The notes under the pieces: model-generated
What the model saw: the letters and a program-made list of their open reading frames with translations, nothing else
Told to the model about the DNA's origin: nothing
The model's database searches: none
From: Polyangiales bacterium
GTDB lineage: Bacteria; Myxococcota_A; Polyangia; Polyangiales; Polyangiaceae
Direction of reading: 5' to 3'
Assembly (NCBI GenBank): GCA_038231275.1
Contig: JBBRLQ010000023.1
Location: 60,471-124,470, forward strand
DNA: 64,000 nt
Position numbers and translations under genes: made by a program
Shown here: positions 37,282-46,193 of the stretch, in pieces
Position numbering within the stretch: position 1 is the stretch's first letter
How the letters are laid out: each line of letters opens with the position of its first letter

Positions 37282-38021
37282 GGCGGCTCGGTGAGCTCAC
37301 GACGGAGGAGGTCGCCGCCCTCGTCGCGCAGCCGCCGACGTGCGTGCTCTTTCCGGTAGGCAGCGTCGAGCCGCACGGTCCGCATCTGCCGCTCGCGACC
37401 GACACGCTCATCAGCGAGGCCTCGTGCGCGCGCGCGGCGGATCTGCTCGAGGCGCGCGGCGTGCGTGTCGTCGTCGCGCCGAGCCTGCCGTTCGGCGTCA
37501 CGGACTACGCGGCGGGCTTCAAGGGTGCGATCGGCGTCCCGGCCGCGGCGCTCGAGGCGATGCTCCATGCCGTCGTCGCGCGCCTCCTAGGCGACGGGTT
37601 TTCGCACGTGTGCCTCGTCAACAACCACCTCGAGCCCGCGCAGGACGCCGCAGTGCGCGCGTCGATCGCTGGATTTTCTGCGGGAACGGTGAGCGTCGCG
37701 TGCCCGCTCACCCGCAAGTGGGCGCGCACGCTGTCCGACGAGTTCAAGCGCGGCAACTGCCACGCCGGGCGCTACGAGACCTCGCTGGTGATGGCGGCCG
37801 GCGGCGCCGTGAAGCCGGAGTTCGCCGCGCTCGCGAGCTCGGACATCAGCCTGGCCGACGGCATCAAAGCGGGCAAGTCGACGTTCCGCGAGATGGGCAT
37901 CGATCGCGCGTACACCGGCGCTCCCGCCGAGGCGACGGCCGCCGAAGGGGAAGCGCTCTACGCCAAGCTCGCCGAGATGATCGCGGGCGAGGTCACGTCC
38001 GCGTTGGGGCTCGCGCACTAG
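37278..38021 (+). CDS. creatininase-family amidohydrolase
   Basis: PVGSVEPHGPHLPLATD, VNNH and CHAGRYETS; GTGA overlap with the ligase. Confidence 0.9.
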   Translation: MRRLGELTTEEVAALVAQPPTCVLFPVGSVEPHGPHLPLATDTLISEASCARAADLLEARGVRVVVAPSLPFGVTDYAAGFKGAIGVPAAALEAMLHAVVARLLGDGFSHVCLVNNHLEPAQDAAVRASIAGFSAGTVSVACPLTRKWARTLSDEFKRGNCHAGRYETSLVMAAGGAVKPEFAALASSDISLADGIKAGKSTFREMGIDRAYTGAPAEATAAEGEALYAKLAEMIAGEVTSALGLAH

Positions 38022-38061
38022 GAGGGTGAAGGTTGGGCGTAGGGCGACTACACTGCTTCTA

Positions 38062-38847
38062 ATGCGCGCTTCGTCGTTCGTTTCGCTCGCGTGGGTCTCA
38101 CTCGCGTGCGCAAGCGCGTGCGCGAAAGGGGGAAACGCCGACGGCCTCGCGCCGCTCCCGCTCCCCGAGGGCGGCGCGCGGGTCGACGGTGGCGATGCGG
38201 GAGAGGACGCGAAGGCTCCGCTCGACGGCGCCGGCGGCACCGACGCATGCACGCTCGGCTCTTCGGACCACTGCGGCGCGTGCGGCACCACGTGCGGCAC
38301 GACCGACGCGCAGACCACCTTCGCCTGCACCGACGCGACGACCGCCGGCACGTGCACCGTGACCTGCCGCGGCGAGTTTTACGATCTCGACGGCAAGGCC
38401 GACAACGGCTGCGAAGCCGGCGATCTCGTCGTGCAAGACAGCGCGGCGTCGGCGAAGCCCGTCACGCTCGACGGCACCACCCGCAGCGCCAACGAGCTCG
38501 GGTACGTCTACAGCGACGATCGCGCGCACGAGAACGTGCCGCTGAAGAGGCCCGCCGGGCGCGAGGACTGGTACGTCGTCACCGTGACGGTGCCCGAGGG
38601 CGGCGCCGCCGGCAGCTTCGGCGCGTGCCTCGGCATCACCAATTTCCCGAACGACGACGTCTTCGAGGTCTGCACGACCGACGCGAACGCGACGACGTTC
38701 TCGCACTGCGCGCCGGTGGCCGGCGGCGGCGCGTCGACGTGCGTGAAGCCTGCCGCGAACGCCGACGCGGGCGTGTACTTCGTGCGCGTGAAGAAGGTCT
38801 CCGGCTCGAACACCGCGAACGGGTACGCGCTGTTTTTGCAGCATTGA
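38062..38847 (+). CDS. Cys-rich hypothetical lipoprotein
   Basis: Lipobox ASAC; HCGACGTTC and DLDG.ADNGCE myxobacterial Cys motifs. Confidence 0.8.
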   Translation: MRASSFVSLAWVSLACASACAKGGNADGLAPLPLPEGGARVDGGDAGEDAKAPLDGAGGTDACTLGSSDHCGACGTTCGTTDAQTTFACTDATTAGTCTVTCRGEFYDLDGKADNGCEAGDLVVQDSAASAKPVTLDGTTRSANELGYVYSDDRAHENVPLKRPAGREDWYVVTVTVPEGGAAGSFGACLGITNFPNDDVFEVCTTDANATTFSHCAPVAGGGASTCVKPAANADAGVYFVRVKKVSGSNTANGYALFLQH

Positions 38848-38885
38848 GGCGTCCGTTTCGCCGATCGCCCGAGCGCATCCTCGCC

Positions 38886-41800
38886 CTACTTGTACGGCAC
38901 GCAGTCGACCGATTGCCTCCAGTCGTAGAGCGTGGGCGCCTTCGAGTTGTCGCTGCTCGGGTAGAGCGCGAACGTCACGCGGAGCATCGTGCCCGAGGTC
39001 GCGCCGAGCAGCGTTGCGAGCTTCTGCCCGCCGTTACCCCACGACGGCTGGACCACGTCGGCACCTTGGGCCGTCGCGAACTTGAGCGCCGAGCTCGGCG
39101 CCCACGTCGTCCCGTTGGTGCTGACCTCCGCCGAGAATTCGACCTTGCTGTCGGACGGCGTGGAGGACTGCCACTCGAAGAAGCTCCACTGCGCCAGCGT
39201 GTCCTTCGGACAGGTGGCCGTGAACGTTCGGGTGTACGTCGTGGGCGAGTAGTACGGCGGGGGATTCGCGCACACTCCGTTCGCACACACGCCGCCCGCG
39301 GCTGCGTTGCAGCAGCTGCTCGTGGTGGCGCAGGTCTGGCCGACCGCGCGGCACGTCGACGCGCTCACCGGCACGCAGTGCTTGACCGCCGGGTTGCCGA
39401 TGGGCGGCGGGTCGATGACGCACGCCGCCGTGGTCGGCGCGCCGCAGCAGTCGAGGTCGGTGTCGCAGAGGTTGGCGGCCGTGAGGGTCGCCGACGCCGG
39501 CGTGCACGCGTTGAGCGCAAAGGCCGCGCGCGAGTTGCCGGCGATGAGCTCCTGACCCGGCAGGTAGAACGCCGGCCAGCTCGGATCGAAGCCCGCCACC
39601 GGCGAGCTGTTGACCGCCGCGACCCAGAGCTTCTTCGGCGTCGGATCGATGCTGATGTCGTCGTAGCGCGGGTCCGACGCGTACGGGTTGATCGTCGCGA
39701 CGTTGCCGTATTTGCGTCGCGACGTGAAGACGACCCAGGAATATCCGCCGATCGTCGTCGGGAGGACGGAGGGCTCGTAGTTGTAGTTTTGCTCGTAGAA
39801 GCCGGCGCCCGCGGGACCGGTGGGACCGCCGTACCCCGCGTGTCCGTTCGGCGGATCGGTCGGCAGAGCGCCGGTGGTGCCGGTCGCGTCGTAGCCGTTG
39901 GCGCGGTGGAGGCGCGTCGCCTGGGGGCTGGCGCCGGTGCTGGCCCACCACAGCTCGCCGGTGGCACCGTAGTACGTCGAGGACTCGCTGTCGTGCCGCG
40001 TAAAGCCGTATCCGCCGTCCAGCGAGGTGCGCGTCTCGACCTGGTAGACGACGCCCCCCTGGCCGGCCGGAAGGAACGCGGGCCACGCCACCAGCCCGCT
40101 CGCGGGCGTCGCGAGCACATTGAACGAGCCGAACGTCGCGTTGCCGTCGAAGGTCATCGTCGCGAGCGACTTGCCGTCGGCGTTCTGCGTCGACGCGGAG
40201 AGCGGCGGCGAGACGGTGCCGCCGCGGAACGCGAAGGCGACCGCGGAGCCGTCTGTCGCGAACGAGGGCATCCCACCCTGCAACGACGCCGGAAGGTTCG
40301 ACGGGATGACCGCGCCCGCCAGGTTGAAGAGCCGCGACGTCGAGTCGCCGCCCAAGGTGGTGGAGCTGCTCATCGCGCGCGTCGCGGTGGGGTTGATGCC
40401 GGCGAAGGTGAGCGCGCTCGTTCCCAGCGAGACGCCGGCGTTCGGCGCCGTTCCCGGCAGGGCCCACTTGTACGCGGTGTAGCCGGTCTGTGATGCGGAG
40501 AGGAGCGTGGTCCCGTCCGCCGACGCGGTGTGGCAGACGAAGCAGCCGCTACCCCCGTTGAAGCCGGCGGCGACCGTCGGCGCCGTACCCCCCGCCGGGA
40601 TCACCAGCGTCGCCGCGCCGAAGTTGCCGCCGGGGAAGGCGCCGCCGGCCGACTGCTGCGCGCCCGAGTAGTTCGAGACGAGCGCGGTGCCGTACGAGTT
40701 GTAATAGATCTTTCCTTTGAGCTGCCCCGGCGCGAAGTGCACGTCGACGTACTGCGAGTGGTACGTCGTCGCGCCGACGCGGCGACTGATGAGGATGCGC
40801 CCGGTGTCGCCGAGCGACGCGCGGTTGCGGTGCACGGTCTGCTCGAACGCGAACCAGTTCGCCTGCGGGAAGGAGTAGCGCGGCTTGGCGGCGCGCTGCG
40901 GAACCGGCGCCGTCGTGCTCTCCGACACGAGCTCGGAGATCGAGAAGATCGTCGCGCCGGTGGCCGGGTACTGGAGCGTCACGACGACGCCGCCGTCGGC
41001 CGCGACGCCGCCGTTCGACCATTGCAGCAGCGGCGCCGGCAGGGCGAGTGGGAGCATCGTGTCGTTGTAGGGATAGAGGATCGACAGGTTCGGATCGGCG
41101 GGGGTCGCGCCCGTCTCGGCCGGGAAGCTCCCGAACGTCGCGCCGCCGGGCGGCGGGTTCGACGCGCCGTTCTGCTTCACGTTGACGGTGATGTTCGCCG
41201 TCCCCGTCGCGGTGAACGAGCCCAGCGACGCGCCGACGCTCACGGCGAGGGCGATCGGCGTGACCACGCTCATGAGGCCGGTCGCATTGATCGTCGCGAC
41301 GTCGAACGTGCCCGTGTACCAGAGAGGCGGCGGCGCGCCCGGGTTGCACCCCGACGGGAGGAGCGAGCTGGTGAACTGGAGCGTCGCGGGCGTCGTCATC
41401 GACGTCACGACGAGATCCGACGACGGCGACGCCGACGGCGAGATCGCGAGGCCGGTGCACGTGTTCGGCGGCGGGGGCGTCGGCTTGAGCGTGAGCCCCG
41501 CGTCGTCCGCCAGCAGGCCGCCGTCGACCGAAAGCCCGCCCGTCGTGTCGGTCGCGGTGCTGCACCACGGCGAGCACGGATCGGCGCAGCCGGCGAACGG
41601 GCCGAGCCCGGAGAGGTGGAGCCCTCCGCTGCCGCCGCCGACGTTGCGGACTTCGACGCGATCCGAAGTGCACGCGCCCCACACGCCCGTCGGGAGGCAC
41701 GCGGCGTGGCCCATCGAGCAGACCGCTTGCGAGCCTTCCATCGTGTGCACCGTCCCACACTCGGCGATGGTGCCTTCGCACGCGCACCCCTCGAGCGGCC

Positions 41801-41969
41801 GATCCAATCCCGCGCACTTCGCTCCGGAGGCGGACGTCGTCGGTGTGTTGCCCTCGCCCTCACTCATTGGAGGTGCGCCGTGCGAGCACGCCATCGAGGC
41901 GCACGCGAGCAGGAGGGGCCCGATGGCCACGAGCGAAGAACGAAGGAGGAACGGGGTGCCGATGCTCAT
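38886..41969 (-). CDS. large Cys-rich lipoprotein with TolB-like beta-propeller and CxxCH motif
   Basis: Lipobox SMAC, ILYPYNDT, KIYYNSY, CFVCHTASADG, WVVFTSRRKYG and DPSWPAFYLPGQ, flanked by Cys-rich modules. Confidence 0.85.
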   Translation of the reverse strand: MSIGTPFLLRSSLVAIGPLLLACASMACSHGAPPMSEGEGNTPTTSASGAKCAGLDRPLEGCACEGTIAECGTVHTMEGSQAVCSMGHAACLPTGVWGACTSDRVEVRNVGGGSGGLHLSGLGPFAGCADPCSPWCSTATDTTGGLSVDGGLLADDAGLTLKPTPPPPNTCTGLAISPSASPSSDLVVTSMTTPATLQFTSSLLPSGCNPGAPPPLWYTGTFDVATINATGLMSVVTPIALAVSVGASLGSFTATGTANITVNVKQNGASNPPPGGATFGSFPAETGATPADPNLSILYPYNDTMLPLALPAPLLQWSNGGVAADGGVVVTLQYPATGATIFSISELVSESTTAPVPQRAAKPRYSFPQANWFAFEQTVHRNRASLGDTGRILISRRVGATTYHSQYVDVHFAPGQLKGKIYYNSYGTALVSNYSGAQQSAGGAFPGGNFGAATLVIPAGGTAPTVAAGFNGGSGCFVCHTASADGTTLLSASQTGYTAYKWALPGTAPNAGVSLGTSALTFAGINPTATRAMSSSTTLGGDSTSRLFNLAGAVIPSNLPASLQGGMPSFATDGSAVAFAFRGGTVSPPLSASTQNADGKSLATMTFDGNATFGSFNVLATPASGLVAWPAFLPAGQGGVVYQVETRTSLDGGYGFTRHDSESSTYYGATGELWWASTGASPQATRLHRANGYDATGTTGALPTDPPNGHAGYGGPTGPAGAGFYEQNYNYEPSVLPTTIGGYSWVVFTSRRKYGNVATINPYASDPRYDDISIDPTPKKLWVAAVNSSPVAGFDPSWPAFYLPGQELIAGNSRAAFALNACTPASATLTAANLCDTDLDCCGAPTTAACVIDPPPIGNPAVKHCVPVSASTCRAVGQTCATTSSCCNAAAGGVCANGVCANPPPYYSPTTYTRTFTATCPKDTLAQWSFFEWQSSTPSDSKVEFSAEVSTNGTTWAPSSALKFATAQGADVVQPSWGNGGQKLATLLGATSGTMLRVTFALYPSSDNSKAPTLYDWRQSVDCVPYK

Positions 41970-41983
41970 CGGAGGTCCTCTAG

Positions 41984-41999
41984 AGCAAGAACGACTCCA
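41984..41999 (-). promoter_or_regulatory. candidate sigma54 (-24/-12) promoter for the 1027-aa lipoprotein
   Basis: Minus strand TGGAGTC-GTTC-TTGCT, with GG-N10-GC spacing, next to an NtrC-type gene. Confidence 0.45.
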
Positions 42000-42185
42000 C
42001 GCCCCTCAAGTTCAGCGCGCGCGTGCCGTTGGCGTTCTTTACGAGCGACGGCTGGCATTTCGGCAGCGCGGTGGAGTGTGCGTACGGGTGCGACGGACCG
42101 CGCGGCCGTCCCGCGGGTACCAAATCGGGACGGGCGCGCGACGAAAGTCCGAGTTCGGGACGCGCTTCGCCCGTAAAGTTGGATC

Positions 42186-43631
42186 GTGGCAGAGACTCCC
42201 TCCTCCGAGCCGAAGGGCCCCGCGATGCGGGTGGCGGTGGTGGAGGACGACGCCGTCACGCGCCGCCTGCTGCGCGCATGGCTGGAGCCAGAGGGCTACG
42301 AGGTCGTCGAATTCCCCGCAGGTCGTGAAGCGGTCGAGGCCGGCGGTGACGGCTTCGCGGCGATGTGTTTGGACCTGGGCCTCGAGGACATGGACGGCCT
42401 CGACGTGCTTCGCCATGTGCGCGCCAACAGCCCCGAGGTCTCCGTCCTCGTCGCCACGAGCGAGACGTCACACGACGCGGTCGTGAAGGCGATGCGCGCC
42501 GGTGCCCACGACTACGTCTTCAAGCCCCTCGACCGGCAGCGCTTCCTGACGTCGGTACGCGCCGCCGTCGAGAACGCTGCGCTGCGGCGAAAAGTCGTGA
42601 CGCTCCACCGCGAGCTGTCCGGCTCACGCGGGTCGCGCGCCATCGTCGGCACGAGCCGCGCCGTCCAGACGCTCATGACGACGATCGAGCGCGTCCTCCA
42701 CAGCGAGGTGGTCGTCTGCATCCTCGGCGAGAGCGGCTCGGGCAAGGAGCTCGTCGCGCGCGCGCTGCACGACGAAGGACGCCGCAAGAGCGGTCCCTTC
42801 GTCGCGCTGAACTGCGCCGCCATTCCGGAGAATCTGCAAGAGGCCGAGCTCTTCGGCTACGAAAAGGGGGCGTTCACTGGCGCAGCTACCCTCTACCGCG
42901 GCCGGTTCGAGCAAGCAGAAGGCGGGACACTGTTTCTCGACGAGGTGGGAGACATGAGCCCACAAACTCAGGTGAAGCTGCTGCGCGCGCTTCAAGAGAA
43001 GACTGTTCGCCGCATCGGCGGCACGACGGATTTGCAGACCAACGTCCGCGTCGTGTGCGCGACACACCGAAACCTCGAGGCCGAGGTCGCGGCGGGTCGT
43101 TTTCGCGAAGACCTCTACTTCCGCATCATGGTCTACCCGATCGACGCGCCGCCTCTGCGCGAGCGCACCGAGGACATTCCTCTGCTCCTCGCCCACTTCA
43201 CCCGCGCGTTCCGCGACGACGTCGGGCGGGAGGTCGCACGTGTCTCGCCAGAGGCGATCGAGGCGCTCATGGCGTACCGCTGGCCGGGCAACGTCCGGGA
43301 GCTGCAGAACGTCGTTCACCGCGCGATGCTCTCGTGCATGACCGATCAAATCGAGCTGTCCGATCTGCCGCCGGCGCTCCGTGACCTGAAGCTCCCTCCT
43401 CTTCCTGCTGCGCAGGTCGCCCCCACACCTGGTGTGACGCCAAAGGGCGGCACGGCGCTGCCGACGTTGTCGCTCTCCGAGCTCGAACGCCTGGCGATCG
43501 CCGAGTCCCTGCGCGCGTCGGGCGGCCACATCGGGAAGGCGGCGAAGCTCCTCGGCATCGGAAGATCCACCTTGTACCGGCGCCTCCTCGAGCTCGGGAT
43601 GGCGACGAGCCGCGCCGAAGAGGATCCGTGA
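42186..43631 (+). CDS. NtrC-family sigma54-dependent response regulator (REC-AAA+-Fis HTH)
   Basis: VVEDD, CLD, GESGSGKE, GAFTGA, LFLDEVG, WPGNVRELQN and AAKLLGIGRSTLYR. Confidence 0.96.
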   Translation: MAETPSSEPKGPAMRVAVVEDDAVTRRLLRAWLEPEGYEVVEFPAGREAVEAGGDGFAAMCLDLGLEDMDGLDVLRHVRANSPEVSVLVATSETSHDAVVKAMRAGAHDYVFKPLDRQRFLTSVRAAVENAALRRKVVTLHRELSGSRGSRAIVGTSRAVQTLMTTIERVLHSEVVVCILGESGSGKELVARALHDEGRRKSGPFVALNCAAIPENLQEAELFGYEKGAFTGAATLYRGRFEQAEGGTLFLDEVGDMSPQTQVKLLRALQEKTVRRIGGTTDLQTNVRVVCATHRNLEAEVAAGRFREDLYFRIMVYPIDAPPLRERTEDIPLLLAHFTRAFRDDVGREVARVSPEAIEALMAYRWPGNVRELQNVVHRAMLSCMTDQIELSDLPPALRDLKLPPLPAAQVAPTPGVTPKGGTALPTLSLSELERLAIAESLRASGGHIGKAAKLLGIGRSTLYRRLLELGMATSRAEEDP

Positions 43632-45196
43632 GCGAGGACGCACCGAGCGACGCCGACGCCCTTCGCGCAGAGAACCAAGAGCTTCGCGCCGAGCTCGGGC
43701 GCGCGGAGGCCGCCAATCGGGCGAAGGACGCGTTCCTTGCCCGAATGAGCCACGAGTTGCGCTCGCCGCTCCACGTGATCTTGGGGGCCGTCGAGCTTCT
43801 CAGCGACGACGCGGGCGGTCGCGACGGAGGGACGGTCGAGAGCATCGACTCCGCGGCGCGGAGCCTGCTCGCGCTCATCGAGGATCTGCTGGATCTGTCG
43901 AAGATCCGTGCGGGAACCTTCTCCGTCGCGACACGCCCGTTCCATCTGTCCCAGGTCTTCGAAGACACGGTTGGCGCGATGCGAACGCTCGCGGATGCCG
44001 CCGGCATCGAATTGGTCTTGTCGCGTCGCGGCCTGCTGCCCGCCTACGCGCGCGGAGACGCGGGGCGGATCCGGCAGGTCATCACCAATCTCGTATCGAA
44101 CGCGATCAAGTTCGCGCGCAAGGGGCGCGTGGATGTTCGCCTCACGGGACGGGACGACGTGATGCACGTCGAGGTCACGGACGAAGGGCCCGGCCTCGCG
44201 CCCGACGAGGAGCGCGCGCTCTTCGAGGAGTTCCAGCAGGGGGCGCTCGGCAAACGCCGCGGCGGCGCGGGACTCGGCCTCGCGATCAGCCGTCAGCTCG
44301 TCGAGCAAATGGGGGGCGAGATGGGGTACCGCCCGAACCCCGCCGGTCGCGGCGCGGCGTTCTGGTTCGAGCTGCCCCTCGAGGAGGCCACGCAGGAGGA
44401 TTGGGCCGCCGCGTCGCGGCGCTCGTCGATCCCGTCGTCGCCGAACGCCGCGCGTACGACGAGCCGCGCGCCCGTCCTCGTCGTCGAGGACACGCCGGCG
44501 AGCCGCGTGTGGGCGACCCGCACCCTCGAAGGGCGGGGATTCCGCGTCGTGGCCGTCGACTCCGGCGAGGCCGCCCTCGAGGAGCTGAAACGCGGCGTAT
44601 TCTCCGTCGTCCTGATGGACTGGCATATGGCGGGCTTGGACGGCCTCGCAACGACACGCGCCATTCGTGCACTCGTAGGCGAGATGCGATCTGTCCCAAT
44701 CCTCGGCCTGACAGCGAGCGCGCAGCCCGGCGATCGCGAAGCGTGCGTCGCGGCGGGGATGAACGAGTGCCTCTTCAAGCCGACGTCGAGCCGCGCCCTC
44801 CTTCGTGCCATCGATCGCCTCACGCAGCCGTCCCTGCCGACGATCTCGATGCCCGCAGGCCCGCCGGATCTGGCCATCGGCGCGGACGTGTCGTCGCTGC
44901 CGCAAGAGGTGCTGCGCGAGCTGTCCGAGCTGTTCGATCGCGACGCGGGGGAGTTGGTGCGCGGGTTGGAGCAGTCGGTTGCACACGATGACCGCGCGGA
45001 GGCCGCCCGGCGACTGCACGCGCTGAAAGGGCTCGCGGGCAACCTCGGCATGGCGTCGCTACGCGCGCTCGTCGAAGAGCTCGAGACCGCCTTGCGCGAC
45101 GGGGCCACCTGCGACGCGCTCGTGGCGAAGATCCCGGTCCTCGATCGCCTCCGCGCCGACGCTTCGCGTGCGTTCGCGGCCGTCAGCGGCCGTTGA
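43628..45196 (+). CDS. cytoplasmic hybrid histidine kinase (HisKA-HATPase-REC-Hpt) without an input domain
   Basis: MSHELRSPL, NLVSNAIKF, DEGPG, GAGLGLAI, VLMDWHM and LHALKGLAGNLG. Confidence 0.92.
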   Translation: MSEDAPSDADALRAENQELRAELGRAEAANRAKDAFLARMSHELRSPLHVILGAVELLSDDAGGRDGGTVESIDSAARSLLALIEDLLDLSKIRAGTFSVATRPFHLSQVFEDTVGAMRTLADAAGIELVLSRRGLLPAYARGDAGRIRQVITNLVSNAIKFARKGRVDVRLTGRDDVMHVEVTDEGPGLAPDEERALFEEFQQGALGKRRGGAGLGLAISRQLVEQMGGEMGYRPNPAGRGAAFWFELPLEEATQEDWAAASRRSSIPSSPNAARTTSRAPVLVVEDTPASRVWATRTLEGRGFRVVAVDSGEAALEELKRGVFSVVLMDWHMAGLDGLATTRAIRALVGEMRSVPILGLTASAQPGDREACVAAGMNECLFKPTSSRALLRAIDRLTQPSLPTISMPAGPPDLAIGADVSSLPQEVLRELSELFDRDAGELVRGLEQSVAHDDRAEAARRLHALKGLAGNLGMASLRALVEELETALRDGATCDALVAKIPVLDRLRADASRAFAAVSGR

Positions 45197-45229
45197 TCGG
45201 CTCGCAAAGGAGAGCCTAGCAGCCGGCGA

Positions 45230-46015
45230 TCACGCCGCGGCGAGCATCTCCAGCCGGGCTTTGCGCGCGGGGCCGTACGGCGCGAGCACGCGCATGAGGC
45301 CCATCGCGACGTGCTCCAGCTCCGGGCTCGAGCCGGCTTGCGAGTCCGGCGGCACGTCGACGACGAAGCCGCGCTGCATCGCATCGGTAGCCGTCGCGAG
45401 CATGCCGAGCTCCGTGAGGCAGCCGGTCAGGACCAGCGTCTCCACCTTGAGCTCGTCGAGCACCGTCTGGAGATCCGAGCCGACGAAGGCGCTGTACGTC
45501 GACTTTTTGACGAAGCGATCCTTCGGCGACGGGTTCAGCTCCGGCCAGATTTCCGGACCGTCGGTGCCGCGTACGTTGTGCGCGCCCCACATCTCGAGAT
45601 CGGGATCGCTCGGATCGTGCTCGTCGACGACGAAGACGACCGGCACCCCTTCCTTGCGCGCGTCCTCGATGCGCTTCGCGAGCGCCGGCACGATGTCACG
45701 GGCGCGCGGCACCTCCGACGGGCGGCCCGGCGTGAGGTGATCCTTCAGCATGTCGACCACGACGAGCGCCCTTCGCGGCTTCTCTTTCGCCTTCGTCATC
45801 GACGCCATGAGCCGCGCCCGCAAGGCTGCGCTCGGCGCGATCGGGTCGGCGGCCAGCGCCATCGCCGAGAGCGTGTTGTGAATCGGACCGAGGGCGGCGC
45901 GCGCCGGAGCCGGAAGCGAGGCGTTGGCTAGGTCGGCGAGTCGCTCGTGGCGGCCGGCCAGGACGAATCCCAGCAGGTCGGCGACGGCGTCTTCGGGGAG
46001 GGGCGGACTGGCCAT
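45230..46015 (-). CDS. isochorismatase/cysteine-hydrolase-fold protein with N-terminal anti-sigma-like extension
   Basis: ALVVVDM, KKSTYSAF and LVLTGCLTELGMLATA.DA..RGF; N-terminal LSAMALAADPIAPSAALRARLMAS. Confidence 0.85.
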   Translation of the reverse strand: MASPPLPEDAVADLLGFVLAGRHERLADLANASLPAPARAALGPIHNTLSAMALAADPIAPSAALRARLMASMTKAKEKPRRALVVVDMLKDHLTPGRPSEVPRARDIVPALAKRIEDARKEGVPVVFVVDEHDPSDPDLEMWGAHNVRGTDGPEIWPELNPSPKDRFVKKSTYSAFVGSDLQTVLDELKVETLVLTGCLTELGMLATATDAMQRGFVVDVPPDSQAGSSPELEHVAMGLMRVLAPYGPARKARLEMLAAA

Positions 46016-46193
46016 GACTTGACTTCGGCTTACCTGACTTCAGGGACTTGGCGTGACACTGGAATAGCATGGACGAGGGCCGCCGGGGGTGCCCCCGAGC
46101 GCGTGACCGTTCGTTCGCTGCCACCTTCTCTACGCACGGACCGCCCGGCCGGATCGGTCCTCTCGCCCAACAAGATAAGGAGAGCATACGCGG

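Noticed and set aside
42053..42067. Plus-strand TGGCAT-N-CAGC with GG-N10-GC spacing upstream of the NtrC gene
   Set aside because: The -12 element is poor (no TTGC), GG-N10-GC is common at this GC content, and the gene already has TAAAGT-N6-GTG.
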